Shown here piece after piece: positions 17,751-27,541 of a stretch of 64,000 nucleotides of DNA. The stretch covers positions 145,423-209,422 of the forward strand of contig JBPCPV010000015.1 in NCBI GenBank assembly GCA_050998805.1, written 5' to 3'. This DNA is from Chloroflexia bacterium. GTDB taxonomy: Bacteria > Chloroflexota > Chloroflexia > QHBQ01 > JAICKM01. A model generated the notes under the pieces. The model saw only the letters and a list, made by a program, of their open reading frames with translations. It had not been told where the DNA came from and did no database searches. How positions within the stretch are numbered: position 1 is the first letter of the stretch; every line of letters begins with the position of its first letter. The translations under genes and the position numbers were made by a program.

Positions 17751-18351
17751 ATGGCCCAAACTATAGAGCAGACCACACAAACCGTACAAGCCGCGGCCCT
17801 ACCCGCCCGCTACTTGTTCACGGTCGAAGACTACCAGCGGATGGCCGAAGTCGGCATACTCCGGGAAGATGACCGGCTCGAACTCATCTGTGGGGAGATC
17901 ATAAGAAATGTCGCCTATCGGTAGCCGTCATGCCGCCAGTGTGAGTCAACTCAACGGGTTGTTAGTCACCTTTTTTGGACAGAAGGCCACGATCAACGTC
18001 CAGAACCCGTTCGTTCTCGGCGGGCGCTCTGAGCCGCAGCCCGACTTGACCGTAGTTCGCTCTCGCGCGGACCGCTACAAGACCGCGCTGGCGATGCCGC
18101 CCGATGTGATGCTTCTCATCGAGGTCTCAGACACCACGCTCAACTATGACCGCAACACCAAGCTGCCGCTTTACGCCGGGGCCGGCATACCCGAAGTCTG
18201 GATAGTCAACATCGGTGGGGAGACCATCGAGATCTACACCCAGCCGACAGGAGGCGCATATGCGCCGCCACAGATCGTCAAGCGAGGAGAGTCCTTCACC
18301 TCCCCGACCATCCCCGGCCCTGCCCTGACCGCCGACGACATACTGCTATAG
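17751..18351 (+). pseudogene. Uma2 family endonuclease (DUF820), disrupted by a +1 frameshift near 17904
   Basis: ORF 17751-17924 encodes MAQTIEQTTQ...YLFTVEDYQRMAEVGILREDDRLELICGEIIRNVAYR*. ORF 17908-18351 in the +1 frame encodes MSPIGSRHAAS...PDLTVV.... Together they reconstitute the conserved Uma2 core ...GEI.EMSPIGSRH.... One extra base in ataagaaatg breaks the frame. Confidence 0.6.
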
Positions 18352-18403
18352 CGGTATGCCGTCGGGAGCGAATGGTTGGTATCAAGGTGTAGGGATCTCC
18401 GGG

Positions 18404-18913
18404 TTACTCGAACGGCCGGCCATACCGTTCCCGGTGAGCTACCTCCGCCATCGGTTTACGCTCCTTCTTCCCCTTGCCGGCCGTCCCGGCCCTGTAGCCT
18501 ATAGGCAGAATCGCCAACACATCCAATTCTGCGGGAATACCCAGTAGCGGTTTGACACTGTCAAGCCCACCGCTGAAGCCCACCCAGTTCGAGGCCAGCC
18601 CTTCCGAATGCGCCGTCAGCAGCATGGACTGGATCGCGCGGCTCGCGTCCGAGACGGCAAACGGAGTCTTGTCGATCGCCACGACAACCGCCACAGGAGC
18701 CTGGGCGATATACGGCCCGGTGCGTGCTAGTGTCGCCAACTGGCGCAAAATGTCACGGTCTTGCACCACGATGAAGTGCCAGGGCTGCGAGTTGCTTGCG
18801 CTGGCCGTCAGCTGGCCCGCCTCTACGATACGCCGGACGAGCGCCTCCGGCACAGGCGTCTCCTGATAGCTCCGAACAGCGGTCAGAGTCCGTACTGCCT
18901 CAAACACATCCAT
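18404..18913 (-). CDS. Nitroreductase family protein
   Basis: MDVFEAVRTLTAVRSYQETPVPEALVRRIVEAGQLTASASNSQPWHFIVV..., the classic nitroreductase N-terminus. Confidence 0.85.
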   Translation of the reverse strand: MDVFEAVRTLTAVRSYQETPVPEALVRRIVEAGQLTASASNSQPWHFIVVQDRDILRQLATLARTGPYIAQAPVAVVVAIDKTPFAVSDASRAIQSMLLTAHSEGLASNWVGFSGGLDSVKPLLGIPAELDVLAILPIGYRAGTAGKGKKERKPMAEVAHRERYGRPFE

Positions 18914-19099
18914 GACTTCCCCCTTTGTAATGCCTCGCTCGGCCAGAGTGCGCCTCGTCCCGGGCCACCAGCAGACAGTCTTGGAGCGACTCCAACCGGC
19001 GGTAGTGGGCGAACCTCTTGCCCCGGTCGTAGGCTTCAGTGGACGGCAATGCCCGGCGTTATCTCGACGCGCCGGTCAAGTACTTTGGTTTTCATCGTC

Positions 19100-19792
19100 T
19101 CAGATAAGGTGCTCGCGCAGGAACGCGACGGTGCGCTCCCATGCCCGCTTGGAGGCTTCGGGAGCGTATTCGGGGCGGTTGCTCTCGAAGAACCAGTGTT
19201 TGGTGTTGGGGTAGGTGTAGAAGTCGGGTGTATGTCCGGCGGCTTTCATTTTGGCTTCAAAAGCGTGCGCCGCTTCTTCGTTCGACTCGAACTGGTCGTC
19301 GGAGGCCCAGTGACCCTGTAGAGGCGCGTTTGCATTCTCGTGATAGTCTGCATTCCAATCGGTCCCTCCGTAGAATACAACTACGGCGGCTATCTCGGGT
19401 CGTAGGGTGGCAAGCCATGTGACATATGCCGCGCCCATCGAGAAGCCGATCGCGCCGATACGTGCGCTGTGCCCTTGCACATTGGGACTATTCAGCAGAT
19501 AGTCGAGAGCGACCTGCTCTTTGGCGACGGCTTTTTCTCCGCCATCTTCTTCGAGGGCTCTGACGAGGGCTTCGGCTTCGGGGATTGTGGAGGCGGTGCG
19601 GTCGTCGTAGAGGTCGGGGGCGAGGACGGTGTAACCTTCGGCAGAGAGGCGGTCGGCCAGGCCGGTGAAAAATTCGTTTAGGCCCCACCAGGCATGGCAA
19701 AGCAGCACGCCCGGCCCTTTGCCGTCCTCTGGTACAGCCAGATAGGCGCGCAACGGATCGCCTTGTCTTTCGATAGATACGAATTCGCCCAT
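19100..19792 (-). CDS. Dienelactone hydrolase family protein
   Basis: ...[37 protein letters not shown]...[11 protein letters not shown]... (Ser nucleophile GFSMG). Confidence 0.85.
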   Translation of the reverse strand: MGEFVSIERQGDPLRAYLAVPEDGKGPGVLLCHAWWGLNEFFTGLADRLSAEGYTVLAPDLYDDRTASTIPEAEALVRALEEDGGEKAVAKEQVALDYLLNSPNVQGHSARIGAIGFSMGAAYVTWLATLRPEIAAVVVFYGGTDWNADYHENANAPLQGHWASDDQFESNEEAAHAFEAKMKAAGHTPDFYTYPNTKHWFFESNRPEYAPEASKRAWERTVAFLREHLI

Positions 19793-19807
19793 GTGGTTTG
19801 TTCTCCG

Positions 19808-20941
19808 CTAGGCCACTTCCACAAACTCCACTGCCGCTTTCGTATCGAGAAAACCTTCCAGTCGTTTCGCCTCAGTCTCTATCCCTCTGCGAACCTTCTC
19901 AGCAGGCGTGGCAAACATTCTGACTTTCACAAGCGTTTGACCCTTCCGCGTTTCGTACTCCCACACTCCCTCTATCCTACCGTCCGCAAGCACCACGGCG
20001 CTAACCCACGCCGCAGGACGAAACACCTTGCCTCTGTGCTCCTTGGCAAGCACCGGCTCAAGATTACGACTTTGCGTCAGCACATACACATCAAACATAG
20101 GCAGCAACCTCACACTATGCTCCGCTTTCACTTTCTCCATCGATTCAAGCGTCGACCTGAGCACTGTCGCCTTCCACCCCTCCACATCCACCGTCTCCAC
20201 TTCATCCCCCAGCGACTCGAACATCTTCTTCCCGAAGGCCGTCCCTCCGCCGTCCCACCAGAAGCTGAAGTCTCGGGGCGTGGCTGGGCCGTACGTCCGT
20301 AGGTAGCGTCGTGTGACCTCCTGCTGCGCCTCCGTCGGCTCCCACTCTTTCCACGCTCTGAGCCACTTGCGGGGGTTCACAAAGGTATTAGTGCGGCCCT
20401 CACTCGGCCCGAAGCAAAGCTCGCCCCTGAACATCGATGGCTTCCAGAGTGTCCCCCAACTTGACTCAAGCAGCGCCCTGCTCACCTCAGGCGTCTTCAT
20501 CCGCTCGGCCACGCCGTTCGCTAGCGCTTCCCGCGTCATCGGCTCATCGCCAAGCACTTCAGGCACTGCCTGCAAAAACTCGTCGTACTGCGCCTCCGTA
20601 AAGCCAAATTGGAGGAAGTTATGGAGTCGGTATCGCCCCGCATCCGCGCACCGCGCCGCCACCACCAGGGGCAAGTCCTCGGCGGCAAATAGATGAATAG
20701 TCCCGCGCATGGCCCACGTCTTGACGAGCGTGCGATCCTGCCACAGCGCCCTCTGCACATCTGCGCGCTTCAGCCCATCCACCCGTGCCACGATCGACAG
20801 CTCGGCAGCCGACATGACTTGCGCTTGCACTCCAAGCACGCACTCAACCGCCCTAATAAAGTTGCGCCGCCCCAACCTCGGCACCAAACACTGTTGCTCC
20901 AACCTCCACGCTTGCACTTGCTCCCATGTCAACGAAATCAT
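19808..20941 (-). CDS. Winged-helix DNA-binding protein, YcaQ/AlkZ-like (DUF1006) family
   Basis: MISLTWEQVQAWRLEQQCLVPRLGRRNFIRAVECVLGVQAQVMSAAELSIVARV... pattern. Start chosen at the second Met (20941). The track ORF starts 12 codons earlier. Confidence 0.7.
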   Translation of the reverse strand: MISLTWEQVQAWRLEQQCLVPRLGRRNFIRAVECVLGVQAQVMSAAELSIVARVDGLKRADVQRALWQDRTLVKTWAMRGTIHLFAAEDLPLVVAARCADAGRYRLHNFLQFGFTEAQYDEFLQAVPEVLGDEPMTREALANGVAERMKTPEVSRALLESSWGTLWKPSMFRGELCFGPSEGRTNTFVNPRKWLRAWKEWEPTEAQQEVTRRYLRTYGPATPRDFSFWWDGGGTAFGKKMFESLGDEVETVDVEGWKATVLRSTLESMEKVKAEHSVRLLPMFDVYVLTQSRNLEPVLAKEHRGKVFRPAAWVSAVVLADGRIEGVWEYETRKGQTLVKVRMFATPAEKVRRGIETEAKRLEGFLDTKAAVEFVEVA

Positions 20942-21143
20942 CTGAGGAACCCCCAAGACGCACTGCCAGCATTCCATCTGTAACTACCAGATCGTACCTT
21001 CCGCGCATGGCACATAGCTCACCTTCCGCTTTGCACGTACCTCTCCTATGCCGCTAGATTATCCTTATAGCACAAATGAGCGATGCATGCAACCTGGGGA
21101 CTCTTATTCAGTGGGTTCGGGGTTCCGGCCCCCAGGCGGGTCA

Positions 21144-21812
21144 TCAGGCCCATCCACTTGGCTTCCGGGCGATGACCCACAGGAAGGTGACCGGCCCGCC
21201 ATGTTCCTCGGCGGTCTCTTCCTGCGCGCTCACCAACTCGAAACCGGCGTCGGTGACCAGTCGCCGGTTTGTTGCGCTGTCCCAGCTGCTCCAGTACATC
21301 GGTGCGCCCAGCCAGTCGGCCTCATAGCCCGCTTCGGTCGGTCTGGCTCCCATCGTGGCGACCAGCGAACCGCCGGGGCGCAGCCACTGGGCAATTGCGG
21401 CCAAGAGTGCCGGTTGTTCGGAGCGCGGCACATGGATCAGTGAATAAAACGCGGCAACGGCAGCAAAGCCGTCGTCGGGCAAATCGAGCGCCGTCATATC
21501 GGCCTGGATGAAAGTCGCCCCAGGCACCGCAGCGCGCGCCAGCGCAATGTGCCGCCCCGAAATATCAACCCCGGTCACGCGGAAGCGCGCCGCCAAAGCC
21601 AGTGTGGTCGGCACGCCCGATCCGCAACCGAGGTCCAGCACCGGCTCGCCCGCAGGCACATGATCGAGCAGCCACTTGGTATAGTTGGAACGTGCTTCAT
21701 CGTGGGCACGGGTGGCCCAGTCGCGGTATGTCTCCGCGATAGCGTCGTAGCCTTCGGCGACGATCCGTTTCGATTCCATCCTTTCTCTCCTGTGCCCACC
21801 ACGGGCCGACAC
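21144..21812 (-). CDS. Class I SAM-dependent methyltransferase
   Basis: VLDLGCGSGVPTTLAL...VTGVDIS...FIQADMTAL...LRPGG (motifs I, II and post-I). Confidence 0.8.
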   Translation of the reverse strand: MSARGGHRRERMESKRIVAEGYDAIAETYRDWATRAHDEARSNYTKWLLDHVPAGEPVLDLGCGSGVPTTLALAARFRVTGVDISGRHIALARAAVPGATFIQADMTALDLPDDGFAAVAAFYSLIHVPRSEQPALLAAIAQWLRPGGSLVATMGARPTEAGYEADWLGAPMYWSSWDSATNRRLVTDAGFELVSAQEETAEEHGGPVTFLWVIARKPSGWA

Positions 21813-21842
21813 TGTATGCCTCCCGCAGATGGTGCATCGTGC

Positions 21843-22238
21843 TTACCCTGGTCTGACCACGAAAAAGATACGGTCGCCCCAATCACCGGAAGCCGCGTTA
21901 GCTCGTGTGACTATCTGCCCGTACTCGGGGTATTTGGCGAGCAGCGCGGCGTCGGCTTTCGGGGAATCCTCCACCGCTAGGATACGTGCCGAACCCGGTG
22001 CCTCCGGCCCCAGCACTTGCCCATTCCAGGTTGATGGTGCCACAGTCACGCGCTCCGTCGCCCGCATGCGCTTCGCCTTGCCGGTGTTCGTCGATGTCGT
22101 GCCGTACAGCACGCCACCGTCCTGCGCGAACCAGACCGTAGTCGGCGCAGCCCGGCCGTCGCGGCGGAAGGTAGTCAGCACCATAAACTGCGCGCCCGCT
22201 AACGCCGGGAACGCAGGCCTCTCCATCATCTCTCTCAT
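21843..22238 (-). CDS. Pyridoxamine 5'-phosphate oxidase family / PPOX class F420-dependent protein
   Basis: 131 aa with ...AQFMVLTTFRRDGRAAPTTVWFAQDGGVLYGTTSTNTGKAKR..., typical of the split-barrel PNPOx-like family. Confidence 0.65.
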   Translation of the reverse strand: MREMMERPAFPALAGAQFMVLTTFRRDGRAAPTTVWFAQDGGVLYGTTSTNTGKAKRMRATERVTVAPSTWNGQVLGPEAPGSARILAVEDSPKADAALLAKYPEYGQIVTRANAASGDWGDRIFFVVRPG

Positions 22239-22432
22239 TACCCTGCTCCTAACTTGTGGGCTGCACTAGTAGGCTGAATCCAACGCCCTAGCCTCGCCCC
22301 GGTGCTCTGATGCCGAGGATCGGCGGCGTAGATTGGGTGACTTCCTACAGAGCGACATGCGCTACGCGGCGATAGCTCATCGCCGCTCTCCTTGTCCGAT
22401 CTGATCGCCATTATAGCAAGCGCCGGGGAAGT

Positions 22433-22462
22433 TTGACAAGCCGGCACTCGCTGTGCTAAGAT
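22433..22462 (+). promoter_or_regulatory. Candidate sigma70-type promoter (TTGACA-18-TAAGAT) for the fabG-fabF-fabF operon
   Basis: ttgacaagccggcactcgctgtgctaagat seen directly, 26-55 nt upstream of the fabG start. Confidence 0.4.
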
Positions 22463-22487
22463 CCAGTATCTGGCCTGGCTTGGGCCA

Positions 22488-23261
22488 ATGACCGCACAGG
22501 AGGGCATAGACGTGGCAGATTTAGCGGGACGAGTCGCGCTCGTGACAGGCGCGGGCCGTGGTATCGGCCGTGCAACGGCTCTGCGGCTGGCTAAGGGCGG
22601 GGCGACGGTCGTCGTGAACTACAACGCGAGCGAAGCACCTGCCCAGGAAGTGATCGGCCTGATCGAGTCGGACGGCGGCAAGGCGGTCGCCGTGCAGGCC
22701 GATGTCAGCGACCCGGCGCAGACAGACGCGATGATCGCCCGCGTGACCAAAGAATGTGGCGGGCTGCATATTCTCGTCAGCAACGCCGGCATCACCCGCG
22801 ACAACCTGCTGATGCGGATGAGCCAGGGCGAGTGGGACGACGTGATGAACACGAACCTGCGCGCGAGCTACTTCCTCGTGAAGGCAGCCAGCCGCCAGAT
22901 GGTCCGCCAGCGGTACGGGCGGATCGTCGTCGTCTCATCGGTCGTCGGGCTGACCGGCAACGCCGGCCAGGCGAACTACGCGGCCGCGAAGGCTGGCCTG
23001 ATCGCCTTCGCCAAGTCGGTCGCGGCCGAGTTCGCGCAGCGCAACATCACGGCGAACGCCGTCGCACCCGGCTTCATAGAGACCGACATCACATCCGGCC
23101 TGCCCGACGACGTGAAGGCGGCTATCATGGCCCGTATCCCAATGGCCCGCTACGGCAAGCCTGAAGAGGTTGCCGACGCCATAGCCTTCCTGGCAAGCGA
23201 CGAGGCCGCGTACATCACCGGCCAGGTGCTTAACGTTGACGGCGGTATGGTGATGTTCTAA
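22488..23261 (+). CDS. fabG: 3-oxoacyl-[ACP] reductase
   Basis: LAGRVALVTGAGRGIGRA...NAG... YAAAKAG (SDR catalytic YxxxK), ~250 aa. The true start may be the internal GTG at 22511. Confidence 0.9.
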   Translation: MTAQEGIDVADLAGRVALVTGAGRGIGRATALRLAKGGATVVVNYNASEAPAQEVIGLIESDGGKAVAVQADVSDPAQTDAMIARVTKECGGLHILVSNAGITRDNLLMRMSQGEWDDVMNTNLRASYFLVKAASRQMVRQRYGRIVVVSSVVGLTGNAGQANYAAAKAGLIAFAKSVAAEFAQRNITANAVAPGFIETDITSGLPDDVKAAIMARIPMARYGKPEEVADAIAFLASDEAAYITGQVLNVDGGMVMF

Positions 23262-23272
23262 GGGTGTGCGCT

Positions 23273-24508
23273 ATGCGTAGAGTCGTGATTACAGGCATGG
23301 GCGCTGTGACGCCTGTGGGCAATACGATACCGGAGACATGGGAGGCGTTGAAGGCTGGGCGGTCGGGCGTCGCGCGCATCACGCTCTTCGACCCCAGCCC
23401 TTTCGAGGTCCAGATCGCCGGCGAGGTCAAGGGCTTCGACAACTCCGGCATCCACCCGAAAGAGCTGCGGCATATGGACCGCAATACCCAGTTCGCCATC
23501 GTCGCCGGGCAAGAGGCCCTGCGCGACGCAGGCTACGAGATCGGCGAGCACAACGCCGAACGGACAGGCGTGATCCTCGGCACAGCTGCCGGCGGCCTGA
23601 ACACGATCCTGAGCCAGCAGAAGACCCTTGAAGAGCGTGGCCCCCGCCGAGTTAGCCCGTTCTTCATCCCGAACATGCTGCCCGATGCCGCGTCGGGGCA
23701 GCTGGCGATCGCGGTCGGAGCGCGGGGGCCGAACATGGCGATTGTCTCGGCCTGTGCGACCGGCGGGCACGCGATAGGCGAGGCGTGGGAGACGATCCGG
23801 CGTGGAGACGCCGACGCGGTTCTGGCCGGAGGCACAGAGGCAGTGCTCGTTCCGCTCGTCATCGCCGGTTTCTGCGTGATGCGCGCCCTGGCGAACGACC
23901 CCGACCCGACTCGGGCATCTAAGCCGTTCGACAAGAACCGCAACGGCTTCGTGATCGCCGAGGGCTGCGGAATGATGCTACTCGAAGATCTGGAGAGCGC
24001 GCTTGCGCGGGGCGCGCCTATCCACGCCGAGGTCGTCGGCTACGGCTCGACCAATGACGCCTTCGACATGGCCGGGCAGCGCGAGAGCGGCGTGGCAGCG
24101 ATCCGTATGATGCAGATCGCTCTACGCAAGGCTGGGCTGCGGCCCGAAGAAGTGGACTTCGTGAGCGCACACGGCACCGGCACGCCGCTCAACGATAAGA
24201 TAGAGACACTGGCGATCAAACAGGTCTTCGGCGAGCACGCCCACAAGCTGGTCATCTCGTCGTTCAAGTCTATGACGGGGCACATGATGGGCGCTTCGGG
24301 CGCTATCGGGGCCATCGTCTCCGCGCTGGCGATCCGCGACAGCCTGATCCCGCCAACGATCAATTACACCACACCCGATCCCGACTGCGACCTTGATTAC
24401 AACACCGGCGGCCTGCGCGAGCAGCCAGTCGAAACGGCGATCAGCAATGCAATCGGCCTCGGCGGGCACAACTCGTGCGTAGTCATCCGCAAGTACAGAG
24501 AGGGCTAA
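23273..24508 (+). CDS. fabF: Beta-ketoacyl-[ACP] synthase II
   Basis: MRRVVITGMGAVTPVGN...; active-site Cys (SACATG) and HGTGT His motifs. ~412 aa. Confidence 0.9.
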   Translation: MRRVVITGMGAVTPVGNTIPETWEALKAGRSGVARITLFDPSPFEVQIAGEVKGFDNSGIHPKELRHMDRNTQFAIVAGQEALRDAGYEIGEHNAERTGVILGTAAGGLNTILSQQKTLEERGPRRVSPFFIPNMLPDAASGQLAIAVGARGPNMAIVSACATGGHAIGEAWETIRRGDADAVLAGGTEAVLVPLVIAGFCVMRALANDPDPTRASKPFDKNRNGFVIAEGCGMMLLEDLESALARGAPIHAEVVGYGSTNDAFDMAGQRESGVAAIRMMQIALRKAGLRPEEVDFVSAHGTGTPLNDKIETLAIKQVFGEHAHKLVISSFKSMTGHMMGASGAIGAIVSALAIRDSLIPPTINYTTPDPDCDLDYNTGGLREQPVETAISNAIGLGGHNSCVVIRKYREG

Positions 24509-24510
24509 TC

Positions 24511-25764
24511 ATGTACAGCGATTCGCGCCGCGTGGTCGTCACCGGCTTGGGAGCGATCACGCCTATCGGCCAAAGCGTCGAGGAGTATTGGCGCAATCTC
24601 TGCGCCGGGGTGTCGGGCGCGGGGCCGATCACTCGGTTCGATGTGAGCGACTACCCTGTGAAGGTGGCCTGCGAGGTCAAAGATTTCGACCCGGCTAAGT
24701 ATATGGAGAGCCGCGAGGTTCGCCGCACCAGCCGCTTCACCCACTTCGCCGTCGCCGCCGCCTCCCAGGCCCTCGCCGACTCGGGGCTGACGATCACCGA
24801 CGCGAACGCCGAGATGGTCGGGGTCACATTCAACACCGGCGGCGGCGGCCTGGTGGACATCGCCGACGAGGTCATGGTCATGCAGGCGAAGGGTATGGGC
24901 CGCGTCAGCCCCTTCTTCATCCCCTCAATGATCCCCAACATGGCATCGGGCCGCGTCTCCCTCGAGTTCGGCGCGAAAGGCCCTGTGATCACATCGGTCG
25001 CAGCCTGTGCCAGCAGCATCTACTCGTTCATAGACGGCTTCCACCTGATCGGGCGGGGAGAGGCGGACGTGATCATCGCAGGCGGCACAGAAGCCGCTCT
25101 GACGCCTATAGCGGTAGCCGGTATGGGCAACATGCAGGCCCTCTCGCGCAACAACACACGTCGCCCCGAGGAGGTCAGCCGACCATTCGATGCCGGGCGC
25201 GACGGCTTCGTCTTCGGCGAGGGCGGCGGCGCGGTCATCCTCGAGGCCCTAGAGCACGCCCGTGCGCGCGGTGCCCATATCTACGCCGAGGTGCTCGGCG
25301 GCGCGCAGACCGGTGATGCATACCACATCACAGCCCCCGCGCCCGGAGGTGCTGGCGCAGCTCTTGCGATGCGCCGTGCCCTAAAATACGCCGGACTCGA
25401 ACCCACCGACGTGCAATACATCGTGGCCCACGGCACCAGCACGCCCCTGAACGACGCCTCGGAGACTGCGGCGATCCACACCGCCTTCGGCGATCATGCC
25501 CGCAACCTGGCGATCAGCTCGAACAAGTCCATGATCGGCCACCTGCTTGGCGCTGCCGGTGTCATGTCGGGCATCGCCGCGATCCTCTCCATCCGCGATC
25601 AGGTCGCCCCTCCCACCATCAACTACGACACGCCCGACCCCGAATGTGACCTCGACTACGTGCCGAACGTCGCCAGCCGGATGCCGATAAACACCGTGCT
25701 GATCAACGGCTTCGGCTTCGGCGGGCAGAACGGGGTGGCGGTTTTTCGGCGGTTCGGAGAATAG
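24511..25764 (+). CDS. fabF: Beta-ketoacyl-[ACP] synthase II paralog
   Basis: MYSDSRRVVVTGLGAITPIG...AACASS...AHGTSTPLND...; second tandem KAS II. Its ATG at 24511 lies 3 nt after the previous stop. Confidence 0.9.
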   Translation: MYSDSRRVVVTGLGAITPIGQSVEEYWRNLCAGVSGAGPITRFDVSDYPVKVACEVKDFDPAKYMESREVRRTSRFTHFAVAAASQALADSGLTITDANAEMVGVTFNTGGGGLVDIADEVMVMQAKGMGRVSPFFIPSMIPNMASGRVSLEFGAKGPVITSVAACASSIYSFIDGFHLIGRGEADVIIAGGTEAALTPIAVAGMGNMQALSRNNTRRPEEVSRPFDAGRDGFVFGEGGGAVILEALEHARARGAHIYAEVLGGAQTGDAYHITAPAPGGAGAALAMRRALKYAGLEPTDVQYIVAHGTSTPLNDASETAAIHTAFGDHARNLAISSNKSMIGHLLGAAGVMSGIAAILSIRDQVAPPTINYDTPDPECDLDYVPNVASRMPINTVLINGFGFGGQNGVAVFRRFGE

Positions 25765-25791
25765 GCATGAAGCTGCTCGACTAGCCTGGCG

Positions 25792-26160
25792 CTATAAGGC
25801 CAATGTATACCTTAGCGCCGTATCAATTCCGTCCATTGGTAGACGCCCGATCACGCGCTCGACTGCAACCTCGGCAACAGTCGCCAGATTGTCGGACATC
25901 ACCAAAGAGTCCATGAGTAGTCCGGATCGCTGGCCCGTCGGCGTGGAGCGGATAACGGCTACCCGGCTCGGATGCGGGATACGAGACATCTTGCTGGTGA
26001 TCATCGCGTCGATCAGTTGTGGAACCCCTGTCTGGAGATTATCGGCTTGGACAACCAATGCCGGTCGTGTCTTTGCTGTGCGTAGGTTCGAGTGCGGGAA
26101 CAGCGCTAGCACGATATCGCCGCGCTTAAGTAGTAGCTTTGGCGGCATCGTAGTCGTCAT
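25792..26160 (-). CDS. Type II toxin, MazF/PemK family
   Basis: MTTTMPPKLLLKRGDIVLALFPHSNLRTAKTRPALVVQADN... (PemK-like KRGDIV...RPALVV core). Start uncertain between 26160 and 26148. Confidence 0.7.
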   Translation of the reverse strand: MTTTMPPKLLLKRGDIVLALFPHSNLRTAKTRPALVVQADNLQTGVPQLIDAMITSKMSRIPHPSRVAVIRSTPTGQRSGLLMDSLVMSDNLATVAEVAVERVIGRLPMDGIDTALRYTLAL

Positions 26161-26383
26161 AAATATCCATCTCGGGGCTGTCCCAATCCTCGGAGAACGA
26201 TTGCAAGCGAGCACGTAACTCGGCTGCCTGGGCTTCGTCTATGTTACGCGCCCTAAGATCGATCCTTCCTGGGCTTGCGTTCAGGAAGGTCACGATGACA
26301 CGGGTCTCGTCACGCACATCGCCGGGAGCTTCGGCCAATTCTATTTTGCCGTTCCGATACACACCCTCAACGCTTCTGATCAT
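26126..26383 (-). CDS. Putative antitoxin (small DNA-binding protein) upstream of MazF
   Basis: 85 aa, MIRSVEGVYRNGKIELAEAP...RVIVTFL... (antitoxin-family fold pattern). Its 3' end overlaps the toxin start by 23-35 nt. Confidence 0.45.
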   Translation of the reverse strand: MIRSVEGVYRNGKIELAEAPGDVRDETRVIVTFLNASPGRIDLRARNIDEAQAAELRARLQSFSEDWDSPEMDIYDDYDAAKATT

Positions 26384-26394
26384 TACAGTTGCTC

Positions 26395-27402
26395 CTATCT
26401 CCTGCCCGCCCCATCTCGGTCCTTCGCCATGCTGAACGCATTCACGAAGCTGTCCACCGCCGCCAACTTCGAGCTGCTCCAGCCCGATATGCTCACCACG
26501 ATCAGCGGCCGTCCGCCGACCGACAGGAACAGGCTGCGCTTCACCCAGAAGAAGTAGCTCGCCAGCGCCAGCAGGCCGAGGAGGGCTAACGGCGCGGCCA
26601 CCAGCAGCGGCGGCGCGTGGTAGAGGTCGCCGAGGCCGAGTTCGGCGGACGGCTGGGTGATGCCCGTGTATGCGGCCAGCGCCGCCAGCCCAATGCCGAG
26701 CAGCCCGAGGATCAGCATCAGTCCGCCGGAGCGTTCAGTCACGGTGCCCACTGCGTCCACGTCCTTTAGGAACGCCGCACGCAATATCGCCGGCGCGTAC
26801 AGAATCGTCCGCCTGTTGGTCAGGTAGAGCGCGCCCAACTGCATGATCACTTCCTCTCCGGCGAGAAGCACGAGCGCGCCCGACGGCGGGTTTTGGACTC
26901 TGGACTGCGGGGCCTGGATTGGCGGTTGCGGGCTTGGCGTCGGCGTAAGAACCTCGACGGGCATGACCTGCGCGACGGGCATGGCCGGGGTGATGACATA
27001 GGAGTGTGCCGGCTCGGCGGACGCAGGGAACATCTGCGCCGTTGTCGGGAAGACCTGCGGGCTGGCCGCCATCGGCGCAGGCGCGGCCGGCGCAGGTGCT
27101 GTGGCAAACTCCCCTCCCCACACAGGGGATGGGTCGGCGGAGAGGTAGGTTGGCCTTTGCTCTGTTGGTGGCACAGTCTCCCCTTCCTCTACGTGGGAAG
27201 GGTCGGCAGCGAGATCGGGGGAGGGGTCGGCGGGCTGTGTGTTGAGCGAACCCGCAGGGCGCACCGGGATCGGCGGCTGCTCGGCGTGGGTGTTGCCGTT
27301 GTCGGACTGATATGTGGGAGTGCCGGGGAGCACAATCGCGCGTGCCGGTAGCCCAGGTGTGGTAGCCTGGTTTTCCGCTTCCTCATTCGGGTTCGAGACC
27401 AT
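26395..27402 (-). CDS. Membrane protein with Pro-rich N-terminal region and bacterial PH (bPH_2/YdbT-like) domain
   Basis: Low-complexity Pro/Ala-rich N-terminal half. ...GEEVIMQLGALYLTNRRTILYAP... is followed by two TM helices. Confidence 0.45.
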   Translation of the reverse strand: MVSNPNEEAENQATTPGLPARAIVLPGTPTYQSDNGNTHAEQPPIPVRPAGSLNTQPADPSPDLAADPSHVEEGETVPPTEQRPTYLSADPSPVWGGEFATAPAPAAPAPMAASPQVFPTTAQMFPASAEPAHSYVITPAMPVAQVMPVEVLTPTPSPQPPIQAPQSRVQNPPSGALVLLAGEEVIMQLGALYLTNRRTILYAPAILRAAFLKDVDAVGTVTERSGGLMLILGLLGIGLAALAAYTGITQPSAELGLGDLYHAPPLLVAAPLALLGLLALASYFFWVKRSLFLSVGGRPLIVVSISGWSSSKLAAVDSFVNAFSMAKDRDGAGRR

Positions 27403-27497
27403 CGGTTGTGACCTTCCTCAGAGAATATTCGTAGTGAGAATGTTGTATACTAGGCATTATACCCGCCGGTTTGGAACGCTGTCAACCGGCGTCAATT

Positions 27498-27526
27498 CAC
27501 TGTCATTCTGAGCGCAGCGAAGAATC
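27498..27526. repeat. Copy of dispersed element ACTGTCATTCTGAGCGCAGCGAAGAATC
   Basis: cactgtcattctgagcgcagcgaagaatc in the divergent intergenic region. Other copies at 2852-2923 and 35544-35623. Confidence 0.8.
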
Positions 27527-27541
27527 CCTGGAGGTTAGAAC

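Noticed and set aside
17908-18351. Stand-alone 147-aa gene
   Set aside because: It begins in the middle of the conserved Uma2 core. The missing N-terminus is encoded just upstream in the -1 frame, so it was merged into a frameshifted pseudogene call.
18913-19100. Short - strand ORF MKTKVLDRRVEITPGIAVH upstream of the nitroreductase gene
   Set aside because: 19 codons, no motif. It may be a gene remnant, but there is insufficient evidence to call it.
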